From assembly GCA_045803545.1 (NCBI GenBank), contig JBJMOW010000004.1, positions 32,001 to 96,000 of the forward strand: a stretch of 64,000 bases of DNA, in the 5' to 3' direction. A model generated the notes under the pieces. It did not search any database, had not been told where the DNA came from, and saw nothing but the letters and a program-made list of their open reading frames with translations. The position numbers and the translations under genes are program-made. Origin of the DNA: Gemmatimonadaceae bacterium. Its GTDB lineage: Bacteria > Gemmatimonadota > Gemmatimonadetes > Gemmatimonadales > Gemmatimonadaceae. The stretch's first letter is position 1. Every line of letters begins with the position of its first letter. Shown in pieces: positions 59,307 through 64,000 of the stretch.

Positions 59307-60314
59307 TCAGCCAAGCTTCCTCCCCGTCAGTGACACAAAGAGCGTTTCCAGGCTCGGCGGCAACAGATGAATGTCCGTGACGGTTCGGCCGGCTGTCTCC
59401 GCGGCTTCGATCAACGCCGGAAGAATTTGCCCACCGCGCGTGCTGTGCGCGCGCAGCAACCCATCCCGTGCTTCCACCCTGCTGACACCGTTGATCGTCT
59501 CCGCAATCTCCGCTGTTGGTGCGGCGTCGCCGTCGAGGACGAGCTCGATCAGCGTTCCGCCCGGCGCTTTCGCTTTCAGCGCGCGCGGAGTATCGAGCGC
59601 AAGCAACTTGCCCTGATCGATTATCGCGAGCCGGTCACACAGCTGGTCGGCTTCATCCATGTAGTGCGTCGTCATGACAATGGTGCGACCGCGATTGTGC
59701 ATGTCGCGCAGAATTTCCCACAAGCCGAGTCGCGCCTGGGGGTCGAGACCAACGGTCGGCTCGTCGAGGAAGATGATGTCCGGCTCGTGCATCAATGCAC
59801 GCACGATCATCAGGCGCTGTTGTTGTCCGCCGGAGAGTTCGGTGAGCTTGGCGTTTGACTTGTCGGAGAGGCCAAGCCTCTCGAGCAGCTCGTAGGCGCG
59901 CTTCGTCGCAATCTCGGTCGGAATGCCAAAGTACGCGGCGTGAAACTGCAGGTTCTCGAGAACGTCCAGGCTGAGATCTGCATTCGGGCGCTGCGGCACT
60001 ACGCCGATTGTCTGTCGAACGCGCACAGAATCGGCGACGACATCGGAACCGGCGACGAACGCCGTGCCCGACGTCGGTAGAATCCGCGTCGTAAGGATTC
60101 CAATCGCAGTAGTCTTACCGGCCCCGTTCGGGCCCAGCAGGCCGAAGAATTCCCCGGCAGCAATGTCGAGATCGAGCGATTCGAGGGCGATCACGTCCCC
60201 CGCGGGCGGCGACATAGTTCCCGGAGGCGCCCAACGCGCGCTGTGAGAGCTGCTTTTAGTCTTGCCACTGCCCTTATACACTTTGCGCAGCGCGCGCATT
60301 TCGATTGCTTTCAC
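59307..60314 (-). CDS. ABC transporter ATP-binding protein (DrrA/NodI-like)
   Basis: GPNGAGKTT, LSGGQ, FLDEPT and TTHYMDEA motifs. Confidence 0.93.
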   Translation of the reverse strand: MKAIEMRALRKVYKGSGKTKSSSHSARWAPPGTMSPPAGDVIALESLDLDIAAGEFFGLLGPNGAGKTTAIGILTTRILPTSGTAFVAGSDVVADSVRVRQTIGVVPQRPNADLSLDVLENLQFHAAYFGIPTEIATKRAYELLERLGLSDKSNAKLTELSGGQQQRLMIVRALMHEPDIIFLDEPTVGLDPQARLGLWEILRDMHNRGRTIVMTTHYMDEADQLCDRLAIIDQGKLLALDTPRALKAKAPGGTLIELVLDGDAAPTAEIAETINGVSRVEARDGLLRAHSTRGGQILPALIEAAETAGRTVTDIHLLPPSLETLFVSLTGRKLG

Positions 60315-61183
60315 TTTTTCCGCTTGGTACGCTCAACGTCGAAAAAGAAATCCATCAAAGCGGAGTTGAAGCTAGCGGGCTGGGCGAAGTGCGCGCCATG
60401 CCCGGCGTTTGAGATTACGACTTTCTTCGCACCCGGTATCCACCGCGCCAGGGAGTCATCGGCCGCGGCGATAAACGACGCTTCGTGATCTCCGACGATC
60501 ACCAACGTCGGTATTTGCAGCGCCTCGATTTGCGCGGTGGTGGCCGCCGGAACACGAAGAGACTCAGGATGAGGATCGAGCAAATCCTTGCCGCTGTAGC
60601 TCGCCCACAGGTGACGGTAGCGTTCCACGAGATCGTTGCGTCCGGGCGGTACCCAGCCGAGCGGGCTGGCGAGCACGAGTTTCCCGACTGAATCGAGCCC
60701 GCTCGTCCTCGCGACATTCGGTAGCGAGGCGAGGAGCTGCCGGAATTCGGCCGGCGCCGGGAATCCTTTGGAGAATGCACCGTAAAGCACGAGTCCCTTC
60801 ACCCGCTGCGGATACGCCGCCGCAAATCGCAACGCGACGTCTCCACCGCGGGAATGCCCCACTATGTAGGCACGCGGGATGTGCAATGCCTCGAGCAGGG
60901 TGAGGAGATCCTGCGGATCCGCGGACGCATCCGCGTAACCGGTCGATCGCCCAAACCCACGAGAGTCGAACCGCACGACCCGATAGCGACTTTTCAGCGC
61001 CGCCACCTGATCGTCCCAGACGCTCAGGTTGTGAGTCCATCCGTGGATGAAGACGACGGCAGGTCCATTTCCCGATACGTCGTAATTGATCAGCGCGTCG
61101 CCGACGTTGAGGGTGCGCTGCTGTGCGACGCCAGGCCGTGCAAAGAGTGCTGCTAAAATCAGGAGCCGAATCGCTGGCCTCAT
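60311..61183 (-). CDS. Exported alpha/beta hydrolase
   Basis: Signal peptide; FIHGW, D.RGFGRS, GHSRGG and AGH motifs. Confidence 0.88.
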   Translation of the reverse strand: MRPAIRLLILAALFARPGVAQQRTLNVGDALINYDVSGNGPAVVFIHGWTHNLSVWDDQVAALKSRYRVVRFDSRGFGRSTGYADASADPQDLLTLLEALHIPRAYIVGHSRGGDVALRFAAAYPQRVKGLVLYGAFSKGFPAPAEFRQLLASLPNVARTSGLDSVGKLVLASPLGWVPPGRNDLVERYRHLWASYSGKDLLDPHPESLRVPAATTAQIEALQIPTLVIVGDHEASFIAAADDSLARWIPGAKKVVISNAGHGAHFAQPASFNSALMDFFFDVERTKRKK

Positions 61184-61215
61184 GTCGCCTCCCGCTTGAT
61201 TGTGGCTGTGCTCCT

Positions 61216-62118
61216 TTACGCTCCGATCGGATGCCAGGTCGTCTTGAACTCGATGAAATCGCGGATCTCATACGCGCCCTGCATTCGCGCATCGAGCCAA
61301 TCGATATCATCGCGCTTCCGCGCCCGCACGCGCTTGATGCTCTCAGCGGCACCGAGTTGCAGCTGTTTTTTCTCTTCCTGGTCCACGATGGCATTGACGC
61401 CGCGGATGTGGGTGTGCGTCGCAAACGTCGCCATCAGCTCTTTCCTGAATCCCGTGAGAATGTTGACGACACCACCAGGCAGATCGGAAACGGCGAGTTG
61501 CTCGCCAAGCACGATGGCAGGATACGGAAACTCCTGCGACGCGAGGCAGACGCAGGTGTTGCCGGCGACGATCACGGGAGCTATCTGACTGATCAAACCG
61601 AGTAATGGCGCCGCGTCATCGGCGATGATGCCGATGATCCCCATTGGCTCGGCGACCGTGAAATTGAAAAACGGTCCTGCAACGGGATTGGTATTACCGA
61701 GCACCTGTTCGTATTTGTCCGACCAGCCCGCGTAATAAATCAACCGATCGACACTCGCCGTGACTTCTTTCGCTGCGACCGCCTTTGTCGCCGCACCAGA
61801 GATCACGAGCGCTTCCGCCATCTCCGCACTGCGCGACTCGAGCATCTCGCCGAGCCGATAGAGAATCTGCCCACGGTTGTACGGCGTGCGCTGCGCCCAA
61901 TCCGGCCCCGCCTTCGCCGCTGCTTCGACAGCGTTGCGCAAGTCTTTGCGCGTGCACTGCGGAATGTTGCCAAGCAATCGCGTTTCCTTAGCGCCGCCTC
62001 CCGCCTCTCGCCTCCCGCCTCCCGCCTCTCGCACAGGAAACACCCGCCCGCTCTCCGAGCGAATGAACTGCCCGCCGACGTAGACCTTCGGGGTCTTGGT
62101 TACCGGAATGCGCGCCAT
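61216..62118 (-). CDS. Aldehyde dehydrogenase-family protein, short second subunit
   Basis: K.YVGG.F.RSESGR and EPMGIIG motifs; no catalytic Cys region (300 aa). Confidence 0.82.
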   Translation of the reverse strand: MARIPVTKTPKVYVGGQFIRSESGRVFPVREAGGGRREAGGGAKETRLLGNIPQCTRKDLRNAVEAAAKAGPDWAQRTPYNRGQILYRLGEMLESRSAEMAEALVISGAATKAVAAKEVTASVDRLIYYAGWSDKYEQVLGNTNPVAGPFFNFTVAEPMGIIGIIADDAAPLLGLISQIAPVIVAGNTCVCLASQEFPYPAIVLGEQLAVSDLPGGVVNILTGFRKELMATFATHTHIRGVNAIVDQEEKKQLQLGAAESIKRVRARKRDDIDWLDARMQGAYEIRDFIEFKTTWHPIGA

Positions 62119-62119
62119 G

Positions 62120-63622
62120 TCAGACCACCTTCCCGTAATCCATCAAACCTTGCCGTCCGCCTTCGCGACCGAAGCCCGACTCCTTGTAGCCGCCGAAAGG
62201 CGAGGAAGGATCGAACTTGTTGAAAGTGTTCGCCCACACCACACCCGCCTTGAGCAGCGTACTCATCTTGAGAATCCGCGAGCCCTTGTCGGTCCAGACA
62301 CCCGCCGACAACCCGTACATGGTGTTGTTTGCTTTTTCGACCGCCTCTTCGAGCGTGCGGAAGGTCAGCACGCTGAGCACCGGGCCAAAGATTTCTTCAC
62401 GCGCGATGCGGTGACTCTGCGTCACGCCAGTGAACACCGTCGGTTTGAAGTAGAATCCGCGCCCTGGCAGCGTGCACGCCGCCGATTGATACATCTCGGC
62501 GCCCGCCGTCACGCCCGAATCGACGAGCTCGCAGATCCTGTCCAGCTGTGCCTTGGAGTTTATCGCCCCAACATCGGTGTTCTTGTCGAGCGGATTGCCG
62601 ACACGCAGAACGTCGATGCGGTTGCGCAGCTTGGCGACAAACATCTCCGCGATCGATTCCTGCACCAGCAGACGACTGCCTGCGCAGCACACATGACCCT
62701 GGTTGAAGAAGATGCCGTTTACGACGCCTTCAACCGCCTGATCGGCCGGCGAGTCGTCGAAGACGATGTTCGCTGCTTTGCCACCGAGCTCGAGGGTGAG
62801 CTTCTTGTCGGTGCCAGCGAGCTGCCGCATGATGATCTTGCCAACTTCGGTCGAGCCGGTAAACGCAATCTTGGCCGGCGTCGGGTGAGTCACTACGGCC
62901 GCGCCCGTCTCTCCCGCGCCGCAAACGATGTTCACCACACCCGGCGGCAGCTCAGCCTCCTGCAACAGCTCCGCGAACTTGAGCGCGGTCACCGAGGTCG
63001 TCTCGGCAGGCTTCAGTACGACCGTGTTTCCCACCGCGAGCGCGGGTGCAATCTTCCACGCCAGCATCAGCAACGGGAAATTCCACGGTATCACCTGGCC
63101 GACAACACCCAACGGCGCGATCGTCGCGCCCGGCACCGCGTACTCGAGCTTGTCTGCCCATCCGGCATGATAAAAGAAGTGCGCGGCGGTCATCGGCACA
63201 TCGAAGTCGCGCGATTCCTTGATCGGCTTGCCGCCATCCATCGTCTCGGCGACCGCAAACTCGCGCGCGCGATCCTGAATCAGGCGCGCAATTCGGTACA
63301 GATACTTTCCTCGCTCGCTCGGCGCGAGCTTGCTCCACGGACCAAACGCTTTCTGCGCTGCCTGATAGGCGGCGTCGACGTCGGAGTGATTTGCCAACGC
63401 GATCTCCGCCAGCGATTCCTCGGTCGCCGGATTGATCGATGGAAAGTATTTGCCGGACTTCGGCGCTACGAATTTGCCGTTGATGAAAAGATCGTAGCGC
63501 GATTTGAGTCGAGGATCCGCGGTCTCGGGCGCCGGATCGTATTGCCAGAGATCGCCGAAAATCAGCTGCGGGACCGAGCTGCTTCCCGCCTGTCCCCTGG
63601 TGACGGCCCTCGTTGATGTCAT
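62120..63622 (-). CDS. Aldehyde dehydrogenase (ALDH16-like)
   Basis: IPWNFP, FTGSTEVG, LELGGK, GHVCCAGS and EEIFGP motifs. Confidence 0.93.
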   Translation of the reverse strand: MTSTRAVTRGQAGSSSVPQLIFGDLWQYDPAPETADPRLKSRYDLFINGKFVAPKSGKYFPSINPATEESLAEIALANHSDVDAAYQAAQKAFGPWSKLAPSERGKYLYRIARLIQDRAREFAVAETMDGGKPIKESRDFDVPMTAAHFFYHAGWADKLEYAVPGATIAPLGVVGQVIPWNFPLLMLAWKIAPALAVGNTVVLKPAETTSVTALKFAELLQEAELPPGVVNIVCGAGETGAAVVTHPTPAKIAFTGSTEVGKIIMRQLAGTDKKLTLELGGKAANIVFDDSPADQAVEGVVNGIFFNQGHVCCAGSRLLVQESIAEMFVAKLRNRIDVLRVGNPLDKNTDVGAINSKAQLDRICELVDSGVTAGAEMYQSAACTLPGRGFYFKPTVFTGVTQSHRIAREEIFGPVLSVLTFRTLEEAVEKANNTMYGLSAGVWTDKGSRILKMSTLLKAGVVWANTFNKFDPSSPFGGYKESGFGREGGRQGLMDYGKVV

Positions 63623-64000
63623 CAGTAGCTCTCCGCCGCCTCAGTGAAGTAGTAAGGAGCCTGATACGCTCCCGTCTTTTCTTTCTCGATTTGCCGCAGC
63701 AGATCGTTCAGTAGTGAGCTCGCCCCAAAGCGATAACGCGACGAGTTGAGCCACGCGTCACCGAGCGTTTCCTTGACTGCCACGAGATAGTGCAACGCCT
63801 GCTTGGCGGTTCTGATTCCGCCGGCCGGCTTCATTCCGATTGGAATTCCCGTCGCGAGATAAAAATCCCGAATCGCCTCGACCATCACCTGGGTATTCGC
63901 CAGCGTCGCGCTACCCGATGCTTTGCCGGTGCTGGTCTTGATGAAGTCACCCGGTCGAATCACCTGCATCGCCAGGAACGACGCCGCGCGAATGTTGTCG
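63622..64000 (-). CDS. deoC: Deoxyribose-phosphate aldolase (partial; runs off the window)
   Basis: DFIKTSTGK, GMKPAGGIR and RFGASSLL motifs. Confidence 0.9.
   Translation of the reverse strand, partial: DNIRAASFLAMQVIRPGDFIKTSTGKASGSATLANTQVMVEAIRDFYLATGIPIGMKPAGGIRTAKQALHYLVAVKETLGDAWLNSSRYRFGASSLLNDLLRQIEKEKTGAYQAPYYFTEAAESY

Noticed and set aside
62096..63616. 506-aa plus-strand ORF
   Set aside because: Antisense shadow of the ALDH gene, typical of high-GC codon bias; no motifs. The same applies to 407-1243, 2672-3529 and 12260-13120.

Overview
High-GC bacterial chromosomal window. The gene content looks Gemmatimonadota-like, which is an inference only. Most of it is housekeeping, transport and stress genes: a LacI/TonB-receptor/GH144 glucan locus, tRNA-Ala(CGC), rnz, mgtE, an mntH-USP-mntR-ABC operon, acyl-CoA dehydrogenase and deoC with two ALDH genes. 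The main discovery is a complete ~14.36 kb casposon-like element at 39133-53489. It has imperfect terminal inverted repeats starting GGGTATA and is flanked by a perfect 14-bp direct repeat (CTGAACGCCATCGC). It splits a host N6-adenine DNA methyltransferase gene, whose two halves rejoin in frame once the element is removed. The element encodes a solo Cas1 (casposase; no CRISPR array or cas2), a family B DNA polymerase, an HNH nuclease and HTH proteins. Its cargo looks defensive: a TIR protein plus a HEPN protein, and a type II restriction-modification pair. Cas1 and PolB end in mutually alignable C-terminal HTH domains. The host DNA also carries four ~140-bp palindromic MITE/REP-like elements, heptamer repeat arrays (some inside genes), and candidate LacI, DtxR/MntR, PadR and sigma54 sites. 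All calls come from motif reading by eye; no database searches were run.
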